64,000 bases of DNA, taken from IMG/VR virus record IMGVR_UViG_3300039425_000002. One strand, given 5' to 3'. Below are positions 10,201-19,969 of the stretch, in pieces. A model generated the notes under the pieces. That model was given only the letters and a program-made list of their open reading frames with translations, made no database searches and was not told the origin of the DNA. Every line of letters begins with the position of its first letter. The first letter of the stretch is position 1. A program made the position numbers and the translations under genes. Origin of the DNA: a virus.

Positions 10201-13200
10201 AGATAAATTGGTTTTACCTGCTCTCCCTTGAGCGACTTCTTGGAATGCCGCATCTGCCGCTTTAGACAGCAGCTGTGCATTCTTTCTGATCGTCGTAATT
10301 GCATCGTCCCGATCTTTTTCTGCGTAAGTGTATGGCTTGCGTTCTTTGAATTCCTGTAGTTTCCTGGCCCTTTCCTCCTCTGAGTATGGGGCAGAGCGGA
10401 TATGTTCTTCTGTAATCCGATTCGTAAGATTAATAAAGCTATCAAATATATTGGCGGGTGGTAATTGAGTAGTAATAGGTTTTGAAACTTCATCTCGCAT
10501 TGACTGAAATGCCTCAGCGGCTTTACGAGCACTGCTCGACATCTCATCCAGTTGCCTAGTTAACGGTCCACCATTAATCAACTGCTGCCCCGCCTTAAAT
10601 ACCTCCAACGCCGCCGTAATCCCAGCGAACGTCAGTAGCATTGGCAGGGCAGATGTCCTCAGAGCTATCAACCCACCTTTGACCCCAGCCAATCCTGCCT
10701 GAACCAGTGGCAGAGCCTTAGCAAATTGAAATAAAGATTTGAGCAAAGGAACAGCAATGAATCCACCGAGCGTAGTCAGTGCCACAAGAACTGACTGAGA
10801 ATTATCCACTAAGAATTTCATTCCCTCGGATGCTGCATTCAAGCTAAGTACAAATGCAGGTTGAATCGTTCTGCCAAACGACTCTTGCAGTTTCAGAGTT
10901 TGGTTTTGTAGGTTAAAAATAGCAGACTGGGCATTTTTGGAGGCTAATACAGCCGCATCCCCGAACTCAGCTTTCAACTGTCTGGCGAACCTAGGTAAAA
11001 AATCTTGTGCTAAGACCTGCCCAGTCTCCAGCATCTTGTTGAGCTGCGCTTCAGTTACGCCCATTGCCCTGGCAGCGATTTGGAAAGCGCCTGGAATTCG
11101 TTCTCCTAATTGACCTCTTAATTCTTCGGCTTGCACCGTGCCTTTGGAAGCAATCTGAGTTAGTGCTAGTAACGCACCACTCGACTGGTCAGCGCTCAAA
11201 CTTAATACAGTTGAGGCTTCTGCAATCCCAGTAAAAATGTCCTTAGTCGCTTGACCGGCTAGCGACGTACCTCTGGTAGCAGCATTCAGTTGAGCAAATC
11301 CTTGCTGCGATTCAGCTAAAGGAACCTTTAACCTGTCAACTTCAGCTCGGACGAATGCCAGGTTTTTCGCTCCCGCTGCTGCCCCGCCGGAGGCAAAGCT
11401 GAGTGAAGTATTTAGCTTATCAAGCTCAATCGAAGCTCTCAGCGACGACTGACCCAGTGCAACGATCGCATCCCCAAAGCTAAAAACACCTACGAGCGCC
11501 AGAACACTTGTGAGCACATCCTTGGCAGTATTCCCAAACCTGCCAAAGGCTTGCTCTAGCTTATTAACAGATGGAATGCCAGATTCAATTCGCTTTAGCT
11601 CCTGGTCGATACCTCGGGCGGCAGAGCGCATGCGGTTGTCTGCGCTCTTGCTGGCGCGACGCAAGGCAGCGTCAAACTTATCAGAAGCTGCCTCGGCGTG
11701 GTGGAGTAACTTTAGTATTTTATCGAGAAGGTCTTTTTGTTCTCCAGTTGCTCCACGTCGATTCAATCTAGAGGATATATCAAGTGGTGCAGTTCTATCT
11801 GGCAAAGAAATATCTTCGAGTCTACGAGGTTTTGAGGTCCCCTGTTTAGGCGTTAATGATTTATAAGCAGCTGATCGCAGTATTCCAGATTCTAATGGTT
11901 CATCTCGTTGCCCAAAGTCAAGCTTAGGAGGACCACTTGGTTCCGGTTTAAAGGGGAGAACTAAAGGACTTGCCGCAACTCTTGTAACAATTCCTTGCTG
12001 TTTTGCGTTGCTTAATGAGCGATTAATAGAATCACTTTCAGCCTGCTGTTTTAAGTCTGCTAACCTATCACTCAAAACATTAGCTTCTTTCACCGCTTGT
12101 TGTTGTAAAGCAGCCAGTTTGTCAGTTAACTCTAGTGCTGGAGATTCTTGTTTTAAATTATTCAGTCGGCTCGATAAAGCATTTTGATCGTTTTGGGCTT
12201 GCTGTTTTAAGTCTGCTAACCTATCACTCAAAACATTAGCTTCTTTCACCGCTTGTTGTTGTATACTTGCAAGCTTGTCAGTAAAGCCTTGTTGGTCAAA
12301 TGCTGAAATCTTCTGGTCTTTAGATTGTATAGAGCTTCGCTCTTTTTCTCCGCTTTGCTTTAAAGAAGCTAAATTATTGACTAAAGCTTCTGTAGTGTTA
12401 GATGACTGTAAAGAAGCTTCTATTAGTTTATTGGTTATGGTATCAGCTTTGATTTGGGCTTGTAGGTTTAAGTCTGCTAACCTATCACTCAAAACATTAG
12501 CTTCTTTCACCGCTTGTTGTTGTAAAGCAGCCAGTTTGTCAGTTAACTCTAGTGCTGGAGATTCTTGTTTTAAATTATTCAGTCGGCTCGATAAAGCATT
12601 TTGATCGTTTTGGGCTTGCTGTTTTAAGTCTGCTAACCTATCACTCAAAACATTAGCTTCTTTCACCGCTTGTTGTTGTATACTTGCAAGCTTGTCAGTT
12701 AATGCATTGATATCAGTCTTGCTAGCAGGTATTTTGATAAGTGCGTCCGTAGAGGGCTGTAGTGGAGTTTCCGCGATCGCTAATGAAGGAAGTTTTTCGC
12801 CAAGTGGAATTTCTGCTTGGACATTTTTCACGCCTTGGGAAAATTGAGATTTCAGCGAATTGAATATCTGTTGTGTTCCCTCAAGCCCTATTCCCAAGCC
12901 TCGTAAAACATCCTGTCCTATCCGCTGAAACACTTTTGATGGCGAACGAATCTCTAATTCGTCTTCAGTTCCAGCAATTAATTCTTTTCCTAAGAGTCCT
13001 CCCGCCTGCTTGACTTCTCCTAAATTTTGCTTTATTGAACCGCTTATGCCCGATGCAACATCAGATCCTATAGAGCTAGTATCCGAAGAAGCTAAAGCCC
13101 GATTAACAGGTTTTAGCATATTGCTAATTAGCCCTTTCGCCCGTCCGACAGTGGAAGAAATCTCGTCGCCAAAATTAATGTCAATTCCTTCAGTCTTTGC

Positions 13201-16200
13201 TTGCTTAAGAATGCTTGTCAGCTCAGATTGAGCGCGTTTGGCATTGCTGACAAAGACTTCAGCATAAGCTTTGGCTTGCTCAATATTGCCTTCTTGGAGC
13301 AGCCCATCAATTGTTTTGCGGGTACTGCGAAATGCCGATTCAATTTCTTTTGCCGCCTTAATAGCGGTTTCCCTTGAACCCTTACTAACGCCTGAGCGCA
13401 GCTTTGTCAGCTCCGATTCAACTTGGTTAATATGTCGCAGACCTTCTGGTACGTCGGTTACAACTTCAGCAACCTTTGCCTTCGGTGCTGTGCCAGGTAA
13501 TGCCGCTCTTGCCCCCGCAGGAGGAAGATAAGGAGTAACCTCGGTTTTAACCAGCTGCGGTGGGCTAAATGGCAGCTTAAGCTCAGGAGGGGGAGTAGAA
13601 GCTGGAGGCAGTGCAGCAATAACCTGCTTTACACCTGGAACCGATTTTAGGGCAGTATTAGCGGCACTACTCACTAGAGAGCCGCCCAGGATTAGCGTGA
13701 CCGCTTCTGTCAACACCCCTCCCAGAGCATGACCAGCGGCAGTAATGGCGCTGGTGCTGGTACTGGTAAGAACCCCAGCGATCGCCTTGCCACCGATAAC
13801 GCCAGTAGGGACGGCTGCCCCGATTGCAGAAGCGGCGCTACTAGATAGCAGTCCAGTTAACGCCTCTGTCGCTGGACCGACCGTTCCTCCAACCAGAGAA
13901 CCAAGTGCTTCGCCAGCAACTGCGCCACCAGGCAGCAAATTCGTAGCAGCTGTAAAGGCAGCAGCAGGTAGGATTGCATTTTTAGTTATCCCCTTGAGGG
14001 CACGACCAGCAGGAATAAAGTCTAGGGCAACTGACTCCAGCCCTCTAGCAAACTGATAACTAGCAGGCAATATAGTAGTTGCACTTTTTAATAGAGCATC
14101 GCCCAGAGCTTGCGCTCCTGGTACGATGATGCTATTAGTGCTAAAAACTAAAGTTTTACCAAGTAAATCAGCGCCTAATGTCGCCCCTTTGAATACGAGT
14201 CCGGCTGCATTTTCTATGACAGGAGTGGTATTTCCTAAGACTGCTCCTAAAGCACCTCCCTCTCTGTCTTTTACTACCTCTGCCTTGACTGGAGTTGCTG
14301 TAGTCTCTCTCTTAATAGTAGTAATTGCATCTTTCTTAAAGGCATCAACGGTTTGCAGTAACTGTTCTAGTTCTTCAAACTGCTTGCCAATAGCTCCGGC
14401 AACCTGTTGCACCATCTGCGCGTCAACAGGCTTGATCTGAATCCCCAGCAGCAAGTCGATGGAAGAGCGAACGTTGTTGGACAGCGTGTAGATGCTCTCA
14501 GTCAGCTCCTGCAACCCTTCACCTAAATCGACCCCAGCTTTTTCCGAAAGCTGTCCGAGCGTCCTCAAGTCACCTAACGCTTTGTTGAGGTTGGCTGCTG
14601 CTGCCTTTTCTAAGCGCTCGCCACCAATACCAAACTGCCTAGTTAGCTCGTTTAAAGCCTCAGTTCGCTCCTGTCTTGTTTTGGCTTCCTTTGCTTTTCT
14701 AGAAGCAACGACTTTGGCTTGCAGTTCATATCCTCGGTTCTCAGGGGCATATAAATCCAACTCTGGACCAATTGCTTTTAATTCTTCTACTGTCGGCGTA
14801 ACGGATGGAGTTAATGGGCGAAACTGGCGACGCGCCTCTACTCCCTTAACTGAACCGAAGCCAAACTGCCGAGCGTGCTCTATTTCCTCATATATGGTTT
14901 CTAGTTGCTTGATTGTTAGCTGCCCAGCTTGCAATGCTTCATAGAGTTCGCGCGTTACTTCCACAACATTGGATTCAATGTTGTACCTTGCTTCAGCGCC
15001 AGCCTTGGCAAGACCTGCTTCATTGATTCGTAACTGTGGAATTAGGTCCGCAGCTACGTCCTTTCCTGTGATATCGCGCAGGATGTCTGCATAAGCGGTG
15101 GGGATATCAGCAGGCCGCAATGTAGCTTGTGTTTCTTTGACTCCTTTAGAAACATTGCTCTTTTTGGTTATCTCTTCTTGGAGTTTGCGAAAGTCAAGCG
15201 CAGCTTTTTCTTCAAAAGCAATCAGGCTATCAATGCGATCGCTAAAGTCTTGATAAACTTCATCTAAATATTCGCTGTAGCGTTCCCTAAGATTCTGGGC
15301 ATCAAGTTCAGGGAATTGCTCTCTAAATAAATCGGGAACTTGTTCTGAGGAAGCAAAGGTTAAACGTTCTTGACTAATTCGTTCCTGACCTTTTAAAGCC
15401 TTTTGATAATCAGTCCTTGCTTGCTCTACATCTCTTACTAGCTGGGCAGAACGATCTTGAGCGCTGTAAAGATCGCGCAGGGCTTCTCGTCGTTCAACAT
15501 TCAGCTGTTCTACAGCTAAAGATCGCTCCCCTGCCTGACCTTTTCTCTGTTTAGTACGAGCAGATCTAGAGGCAACTAACACATCTTGCTTGCCTAGCGC
15601 TTCAGCAATGCCCGAGGTTAGCTCCTTGCTCAAATCCTCTGGCAAGACATCGCCAAGACTACTAGCTAGTGCCTCAGCCATACGCTGTCCCAGCAGCTTG
15701 GTACTGCCGATCGCCTCACCACTGGCTTTTTCTATTGCTAGAGAGATACCCTTGCCGAAATCAGCACTAATTGGGGCAGTCGCACCGTAGACGAGTCCCT
15801 GAAAAATACTGCCACCTAAAGCCCCAGCGGTTTTAAATGGGGCAGCGATCGCTCCTCCAACCCTTGCACCCACCCCTGGTGTAGACTGCTTCTTTATTTC
15901 CTCAGCGATTTGTTTTGGCAGAGCCTGAATGGCGTTTAGTAGCTCCTTGTTCGCGCCTCCACCTTTAGCAGAGGCAGAGACGGATGTTGCTGATACTTGC
16001 CCTAGCTCTGCTCTCAGTCTGCGGACGGAATCAATTGTTCTGGTTAGTTGGGAGCCATCAACTCGAATCGCTAGGGGGTTGCGATTAATATATTGCTGAA
16101 CCTGTTGAAAATGCCGCTGCTTCAGATCCAGGTGTTTGTTGAGCTTGTATAATTCGCGATCGTCAACCTTAACTGTGAGGGTAAGGTTCTTAAGGGAAAG

Positions 16201-16284
16201 ATTACTTAGATCGCGCAAATCCCGGTCAAATTGCTCTTTGTTGAGCCGCAATTCCAACTCTACCGATCCCAAACTAGCCATCAC
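7282..16284 (-). CDS. Tail tape measure protein (3000 aa)
   Basis: Tape-measure motif SKGTVQAEELRGQLGERIPGA; IRSPSKVF; long helical A/Q/E/K-rich composition; follows tail chaperones. Confidence 0.92.
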   Translation of the reverse strand: MMASLGSVELELRLNKEQFDRDLRDLSNLSLKNLTLTVKVDDRELYKLNKHLDLKQRHFQQVQQYINRNPLAIRVDGSQLTRTIDSVRRLRAELGQVSATSVSASAKGGGANKELLNAIQALPKQIAEEIKKQSTPGVGARVGGAIAAPFKTAGALGGSIFQGLVYGATAPISADFGKGISLAIEKASGEAIGSTKLLGQRMAEALASSLGDVLPEDLSKELTSGIAEALGKQDVLVASRSARTKQRKGQAGERSLAVEQLNVERREALRDLYSAQDRSAQLVRDVEQARTDYQKALKGQERISQERLTFASSEQVPDLFREQFPELDAQNLRERYSEYLDEVYQDFSDRIDSLIAFEEKAALDFRKLQEEITKKSNVSKGVKETQATLRPADIPTAYADILRDITGKDVAADLIPQLRINEAGLAKAGAEARYNIESNVVEVTRELYEALQAGQLTIKQLETIYEEIEHARQFGFGSVKGVEARRQFRPLTPSVTPTVEELKAIGPELDLYAPENRGYELQAKVVASRKAKEAKTRQERTEALNELTRQFGIGGERLEKAAAANLNKALGDLRTLGQLSEKAGVDLGEGLQELTESIYTLSNNVRSSIDLLLGIQIKPVDAQMVQQVAGAIGKQFEELEQLLQTVDAFKKDAITTIKRETTATPVKAEVVKDREGGALGAVLGNTTPVIENAAGLVFKGATLGADLLGKTLVFSTNSIIVPGAQALGDALLKSATTILPASYQFARGLESVALDFIPAGRALKGITKNAILPAAAFTAATNLLPGGAVAGEALGSLVGGTVGPATEALTGLLSSSAASAIGAAVPTGVIGGKAIAGVLTSTSTSAITAAGHALGGVLTEAVTLILGGSLVSSAANTALKSVPGVKQVIAALPPASTPPPELKLPFSPPQLVKTEVTPYLPPAGARAALPGTAPKAKVAEVVTDVPEGLRHINQVESELTKLRSGVSKGSRETAIKAAKEIESAFRSTRKTIDGLLQEGNIEQAKAYAEVFVSNAKRAQSELTSILKQAKTEGIDINFGDEISSTVGRAKGLISNMLKPVNRALASSDTSSIGSDVASGISGSIKQNLGEVKQAGGLLGKELIAGTEDELEIRSPSKVFQRIGQDVLRGLGIGLEGTQQIFNSLKSQFSQGVKNVQAEIPLGEKLPSLAIAETPLQPSTDALIKIPASKTDINALTDKLASIQQQAVKEANVLSDRLADLKQQAQNDQNALSSRLNNLKQESPALELTDKLAALQQQAVKEANVLSDRLADLNLQAQIKADTITNKLIEASLQSSNTTEALVNNLASLKQSGEKERSSIQSKDQKISAFDQQGFTDKLASIQQQAVKEANVLSDRLADLKQQAQNDQNALSSRLNNLKQESPALELTDKLAALQQQAVKEANVLSDRLADLKQQAESDSINRSLSNAKQQGIVTRVAASPLVLPFKPEPSGPPKLDFGQRDEPLESGILRSAAYKSLTPKQGTSKPRRLEDISLPDRTAPLDISSRLNRRGATGEQKDLLDKILKLLHHAEAASDKFDAALRRASKSADNRMRSAARGIDQELKRIESGIPSVNKLEQAFGRFGNTAKDVLTSVLALVGVFSFGDAIVALGQSSLRASIELDKLNTSLSFASGGAAAGAKNLAFVRAEVDRLKVPLAESQQGFAQLNAATRGTSLAGQATKDIFTGIAEASTVLSLSADQSSGALLALTQIASKGTVQAEELRGQLGERIPGAFQIAARAMGVTEAQLNKMLETGQVLAQDFLPRFARQLKAEFGDAAVLASKNAQSAIFNLQNQTLKLQESFGRTIQPAFVLSLNAASEGMKFLVDNSQSVLVALTTLGGFIAVPLLKSLFQFAKALPLVQAGLAGVKGGLIALRTSALPMLLTFAGITAALEVFKAGQQLINGGPLTRQLDEMSSSARKAAEAFQSMRDEVSKPITTQLPPANIFDSFINLTNRITEEHIRSAPYSEEERARKLQEFKERKPYTYAEKDRDDAITTIRKNAQLLSKAADAAFQEVAQGRAGKTNLSLLPQIEVDIQEIANRRKTLEGQIQREFSDKGLAVPTTFKTQKEELDAAYNDAIAKQQQFSKEGVDQFNRLNRSVEITKATLKSLSDPATIASYGGEEFVAPIRKELEQVIAKAEPARDALADLLATTKADPILAMTDAFRKLNLELAKTAEQSQLAFATQRETIAKNQLGGFSGDIFASRRASLAAAQAERDRLAKDLQALERDFAGKQAAIAQPSFKPVLDRFGLTPQSTAADIQGLLDLPSTKDEDKSILETLKTAKEAQLKLHEARTQFYEAEGRVRSEAQAQAIDSIQHVAARTQAIIQQSEDARTIAVKKAISERTLTEEQAAVDLARIQADATTKQKQSVDIQLQNLRDYHSQGLISAELFDSKERELVLQQSSLKRQLAEQELAVREEINKQILNGIEQANQKVEAAIQKNQTLRNTQAKQQQLQLLRTPGDQRVGEFAVQRENIDAEKIATNERIGLIQTELEQTRIAEQNKYISAKEATQKRLQLQQQLADANGRLVDLEIDQEKLHRDEVIHRIDVQIQAQKNQSDLAISGIEQQKAAQDLLNASVERTSQLEQSRFDLRKALSDAAIASEQAELDTVNRALELRKKLDDQDLDPEVRREIGNSLRDAGFSSGASELEIVRRRQAIEEDIANKRLAALQAEQEYQRESLKLDLQRQAIAAQTAEFEAEIGVLRATQAQIEASAALSKARATNDTVAIKAAEVGLEIANRQLELSNKQLANSKENLKIQGELADNALRAQSATQQAALDQANAAESARQQAEGLERAEAAASRRVENAITPSAGLEDLSDSKSKRKPTLLEAARNQLPEIKTTTYLPPDQSRHQGLNPRTSVEAFFKRRLGLDPLESAESQYKRSLGLNPRESVENYFNRQLGLIESSTVSQLSAAAKPVEVPAQTTGYAQFVGGLKEANRDIVTCLRELIDANKTAIASPRTLNVSSPSPVSDGARIWSDIARQSVVASGLG
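12051..12699. repeat. Internal duplication within the tape measure gene (about 230 bp, offset 417 bp)
   Basis: QQQAVKEANVLSDRLADL x4; near-identical DNA at 12051-12282 and 12468-12699. Confidence 0.9.
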
Positions 16285-16919
16285 AAACCCCCTAATTCAA
16301 ATTCCGCATCCAAAACCCAACGGCTATCCGAACTCAAAACCTCAATACTGAAAGTAGTGCCACTGTCGATATCCATTACTAGAACAGAGCCACTAACGCC
16401 ATCTAAAAGCGCGATCGCTGCTTGTACGACTTGTCCCTCTACCCTTGGCAACAACAACAACGCCCCCTCCCCAACCCAAGCGCGGGGACGGGAGACAGGG
16501 CGATTTTGCTTAACTTGTCGCAACTTATCAATTGGGGCAATGCCCAAAGCCCAGCTTGGCATCACCTCATCCGCGACCAAGGAAAAGAAGGCATCAGCCG
16601 CAGTTGAAGGAATATCTACTTGCGTTTGCTTGGGAGCAAAGTAAAAGAAATCACTGGGGGAGGCTGGCTTTCCTTTCTTTGGATCGCGATTAGCGTTGGT
16701 AAATAAGGCTGAGAGGGTAGCAACTCCCAACTCACCCAGGTGAAGCTGCTCCTGCCTGATTTTCTGCCCGTGCTCTAGAGCAGAAATTATCAAGCTACAA
16801 GGCTGGAATCCGAATCGCTCGGCACTGAATCTGTCGTCGTGGGGAAAATAGTCTCGGACTCGCCAGAAAATACTTCCCCAGTCTGGCTCGGCGGGTCTTC
16901 CCCGCTGAAGGATTCCCCC
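16281..16919 (-). CDS. Tail assembly chaperone, -1 frameshift (gpT-like) portion
   Basis: -1 frame is open from slippery GGGGGAA (16919-16913) through PDWGSIFWRVRDYFPHDDRF into ORF 16281..16793. Confidence 0.75.
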   Translation of the reverse strand, partial: GGILQRGRPAEPDWGSIFWRVRDYFPHDDRFSAERFGFQPCSLIISALEHGQKIRQEQLHLGELGVATLSALFTNANRDPKKGKPASPSDFFYFAPKQTQVDIPSTAADAFFSLVADEVMPSWALGIAPIDKLRQVKQNRPVSRPRAWVGEGALLLLPRVEGQVVQAAIALLDGVSGSVLVMDIDSGTTFSIEVLSSDSRWVLDAEFELGGL

Positions 16920-17410
16920 AGTATTTCTTCAGTCAAAGGTTCTGGCTCAGCCCATCCTGCCTCCTCATTTTGGGCAAATCGGAAAATTGCTTTTCTTAAC
17001 TTTGGTGGCATTTTGGCAACATCACCCGTATCTGCTAAGGTCCAATCAGGCACAAGCCGGAATCTGACAATTGCAGTCGTCATCACCAGTTCGCGGCGAT
17101 CGCCTACCTTATCGACCAGCTGCTGGAAATTCAGCACTTCTTCGATGTATTCGCTCAAAACAACCATATTGCCGCGAGTAAGAGCTTCATAAGTTTCCAT
17201 TAAGCTTTTACCCATAGCCTGTGCTATTGTTTTTGCAATCTTCACGCCCTCGATTCGCACATCTGGCAGGGCTTTCATCTCTTCCGTAATAAAAATTCGT
17301 TCGTTTGGGGTCAAGTCCCCAAGCTTGGGGATTTCTAGGGTGCCAGAAGCTTCGTCACCGACTAGGTACAGTTCTGGCTTTGGTTCCGTCTTAAATGGGA
17401 GTCGAATCAT
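16790..17410 (-). CDS. Tail assembly chaperone (gpG-like)
   Basis: Lies between major tail and tape measure genes; contains slippery site. Confidence 0.75.
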   Translation of the reverse strand: MIRLPFKTEPKPELYLVGDEASGTLEIPKLGDLTPNERIFITEEMKALPDVRIEGVKIAKTIAQAMGKSLMETYEALTRGNMVVLSEYIEEVLNFQQLVDKVGDRRELVMTTAIVRFRLVPDWTLADTGDVAKMPPKLRKAIFRFAQNEEAGWAEPEPLTEEILGESFSGEDPPSQTGEVFSGESETIFPTTTDSVPSDSDSSLVA

Positions 17411-17680
17411 AGTTATAAATTATCAATCCTTAACAAGAAGACTCCATCCATAAAATTAATTTGGGTGGGGATGAATTGTGTTTTACAAGAAAGTGTGTTA
17501 CAATTAATACATTGACAAAGCTGAAAATGCTGGTCAATGCAATTTGAATCTTTTACTTGTACGCAGTCTGCGGCGGGGCATCCCGTGGACTCAAAACAAA
17601 GCTCATCGTATCCGTAAGCAATAGCTGGAGTTGGTGAGAAGCCCCTCCTATACTGCGAAGCAGTTAGGAAGGGGAGTATG

Positions 17681-18382
17681 TCACGCGTAATGTGCGATAA
17701 TGGGCGCTCCACGACCTTTGAAGGTCAAACTCCCAGTAATAATCCCGTCAGCTGGGTTTGACTTAGAAAAATCTGTCACTGCCACAAGCCCAGCAATCGA
17801 CTCGCCAACCGTATAACCCGATGGCGCTTGGTCTTCCTTCTTTAGCCAACCGAGTACGCCGTTGACTGAGTTTCTAGCTGTGTAGGCAAGCCGAAAGTAA
17901 CCATCATCAGCTGGTAGGACGTTGAACGAATAAGTCACCTGCCAAGATGCACTTGTTACCCGACCAGTTGAGTAGCCAAGTTCGTCCCCGTAGACCGTCG
18001 TTTCGGTGTCATTAGCTGAAATACTTTCATCAGAAGTCGTACCGCCAGCAAGTAGCAGTAGAGCGGTATAGGTTGCTTGGGAAGTAATCGCAATTCCTGC
18101 GCTCACTGGCTCCACAGTAATACTAGTTGCACCAGCGGCAGCGGCGGCTGTAGTGTATACTTTCACATCTGGGTTGCCCGCTTTAACAAACTTTAACGGA
18201 GTACCAGCCGGCACGGGTCCACTCAAAGCGCTTACAGGAATTGTCGTAGCGCTAGCAGAAACAGCGGCGGAATTGGTAATTGTTACGTTTGCTGGAGCAA
18301 CTGGGTTATCGATTAGCGAATCGGGCATGACGGTAAAACTAAGTTTCGTCTTATTGCCAATGACAAAATTCTGGGTAGGCAT
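17681..18382 (-). CDS. Major tail (tube) protein
   Basis: Position; C-terminal TDFSKSNPADGIITGSLTFKGRG typical of siphovirus tube proteins. Confidence 0.8.
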   Translation of the reverse strand: MPTQNFVIGNKTKLSFTVMPDSLIDNPVAPANVTITNSAAVSASATTIPVSALSGPVPAGTPLKFVKAGNPDVKVYTTAAAAAGATSITVEPVSAGIAITSQATYTALLLLAGGTTSDESISANDTETTVYGDELGYSTGRVTSASWQVTYSFNVLPADDGYFRLAYTARNSVNGVLGWLKKEDQAPSGYTVGESIAGLVAVTDFSKSNPADGIITGSLTFKGRGAPIIAHYA

Positions 18383-18384
18383 AG

Positions 18385-18445
18385 CTAGGGGTTAGGGGTT
18401 AGGGGGAGCAGGGGAGGCAGGGGAGGCAGGGGAGGCAGGGGGAGC
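18385..18445. repeat. G-rich short tandem repeats
   Basis: taggggt x2-3 then gcaggggag x4. Confidence 0.8.
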
Positions 18446-18457
18446 AAATTCCCCGCG

Positions 18458-18637
18458 TCACCGTGTCACCGCGTCCTCGTCCTCTTCTTGGGCTTCAATT
18501 TCTTCTTCTAAAGGCGCGATCGCTTCAATTGCAAGCAACGACTCTGCTTGTTGCTTGCTCATGGTGACGGTGCTTCCTTCCTCGTACAACTTGCCGTCGC
18601 TGTGTTGTAAATCTGTCAAAACCTTATATTTAGGCAC
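18458..18637 (-). CDS. Small phage structural/assembly protein (59 aa, not in ORF track)
   Basis: GTG start: MPKYKVLTDLQHSDGKLYEEGSTVTMSKQQAESLLAIEAIAP; within the tail operon. Confidence 0.6.
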   Translation of the reverse strand: MPKYKVLTDLQHSDGKLYEEGSTVTMSKQQAESLLAIEAIAPLEEEIEAQEEDEDAVTR

Positions 18638-18777
18638 AAAAATACCCTGCGCTTGGTTTCTATCTCGCTTAAATCAGCCAGGATTCGCAGCGCTTGACCA
18701 GCCAGGGTCGGAGCCAGCACTATCAGCCAGGAAAGCACTGGGTCGCTATCTAATGATATTTCTCAAAGTTTAGTTTG

Positions 18778-19218
18778 TCAGGCGGAAAGGAACTCGTATT
18801 CAAGTATCTCAAACTTCACCTGCTCAATTATGCCCAGCGCTGGGCTGGGCGGCACCAACTTAGGTGAAGTCATCAGATAGTCCAGCCCATCCACCAAAGC
18901 TTCAGTCGCTTCTAATAAACTATCCTGGGCGTTCCATTGCTTAAGAGTGATCGCCCAGCGCAAAGGCTTCATTTTACCGCCGATTAAGGGGACAACGCTT
19001 GGATAAGGACGAGTGATAATACACTCGATTCCAGTCGTTACCGTGCCACCATTGGGATAATTCCATCCTGCATTGATATCAGGAAGAACTGCGATCGCTG
19101 GCTCTGTATACCCATCAGAGTAGCGGTAAGTGCCAACTATCCCATCGAGGAGGGTAAGGATTTGCGATCGCAGTTGAGTACACTCAATCATGCAAAGTAT
19201 TGAGGGTAGATTGATCAA
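18778..19218 (-). CDS. Putative tail terminator / neck protein
   Basis: Size and position upstream of major tail gene. Confidence 0.55.
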   Translation of the reverse strand: MINLPSILCMIECTQLRSQILTLLDGIVGTYRYSDGYTEPAIAVLPDINAGWNYPNGGTVTTGIECIITRPYPSVVPLIGGKMKPLRWAITLKQWNAQDSLLEATEALVDGLDYLMTSPKLVPPSPALGIIEQVKFEILEYEFLSA

Positions 19219-19637
19219 ATTTCTGGGTAGATATCTGGATACAGAATTCTGTCATCAAAGTTGTGCCCATACTTTCGCCGTCTATCAACAGCTAACATTC
19301 CATTACAATCTTCTTGTCTATGTTTAGCAACTCCAGGACCAATAGCAAATGTTGATGCCTGAGGGGTAGCGTTGGGAGAGACATAAAAATACCAACTCCA
19401 CCATCTACCATAAAACCAGATTGGAGGATGGAAGCAGATAAAACCCCATCTTTTAGTGTGGATGTTAACCGCGACGTGCATCGCGTTGAAGCCATAAATA
19501 GTAACCTTTCCCCAGGAGACGTGACCTCCTAACTTCTCTTCGAGATACCTTTCGAGTGAATGCTTCACAATCGTCTCTCTAGTTCTTGTTGAAATACTTC
19601 TACTGGATTTACCTCTTCTAGTGCTACTTCTGTCCAC
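19215..19637 (-). CDS. Hypothetical aromatic-rich protein (start uncertain)
   Basis: ORF between neck genes; W/F/Y-rich core. Confidence 0.45.
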   Translation of the reverse strand: MDRSSTRRGKSSRSISTRTRETIVKHSLERYLEEKLGGHVSWGKVTIYGFNAMHVAVNIHTKRWGFICFHPPIWFYGRWWSWYFYVSPNATPQASTFAIGPGVAKHRQEDCNGMLAVDRRRKYGHNFDDRILYPDIYPEI

Positions 19638-19969
19638 GGACGAGCAGGTAATTCAGTTCCCGATCGCAGCGTTGCCCCTTCGTGTACCGCGATCGCATGA
19701 TTAACGTCCCAGCTGAACTCTGCTGCGTTGGCAGAGCGAGTGATCGCCTTTGATTCAAGCAGTGCGCCCGTATCAATGATGTCACGCGGGCTAGTTACGG
19801 TCTTGCCCGATTTCCTTTTGGTAGGACGTGGCCAATCATAGATTTGGGCAGCGATCGCATCGTCAAATGCTTGGCTCATGCGGTCTACAGTATTGTCAAA
19901 AGCTCGATTAATTGCACCATTGAGCTTCTGCGCATCAATTCTGATTTCAGCCATGGCGAAATACTCCAA
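19565..19969 (-). CDS. HK97 gp10-like tail completion protein
   Basis: PRDIIDTGALLES...AVHEG...PARPW. Confidence 0.75.
   Translation of the reverse strand: MEYFAMAEIRIDAQKLNGAINRAFDNTVDRMSQAFDDAIAAQIYDWPRPTKRKSGKTVTSPRDIIDTGALLESKAITRSANAAEFSWDVNHAIAVHEGATLRSGTELPARPWTEVALEEVNPVEVFQQELERRL

Noticed and set aside
7756..15790. Many plus-strand ORFs within the tape measure gene
   Set aside because: Antisense shadows of a long coding sequence with no recognisable motifs
17413..17712. Cys-rich ORF between major tail and chaperone genes
   Set aside because: Overlaps the tail gene end, start uncertain, no recognisable family
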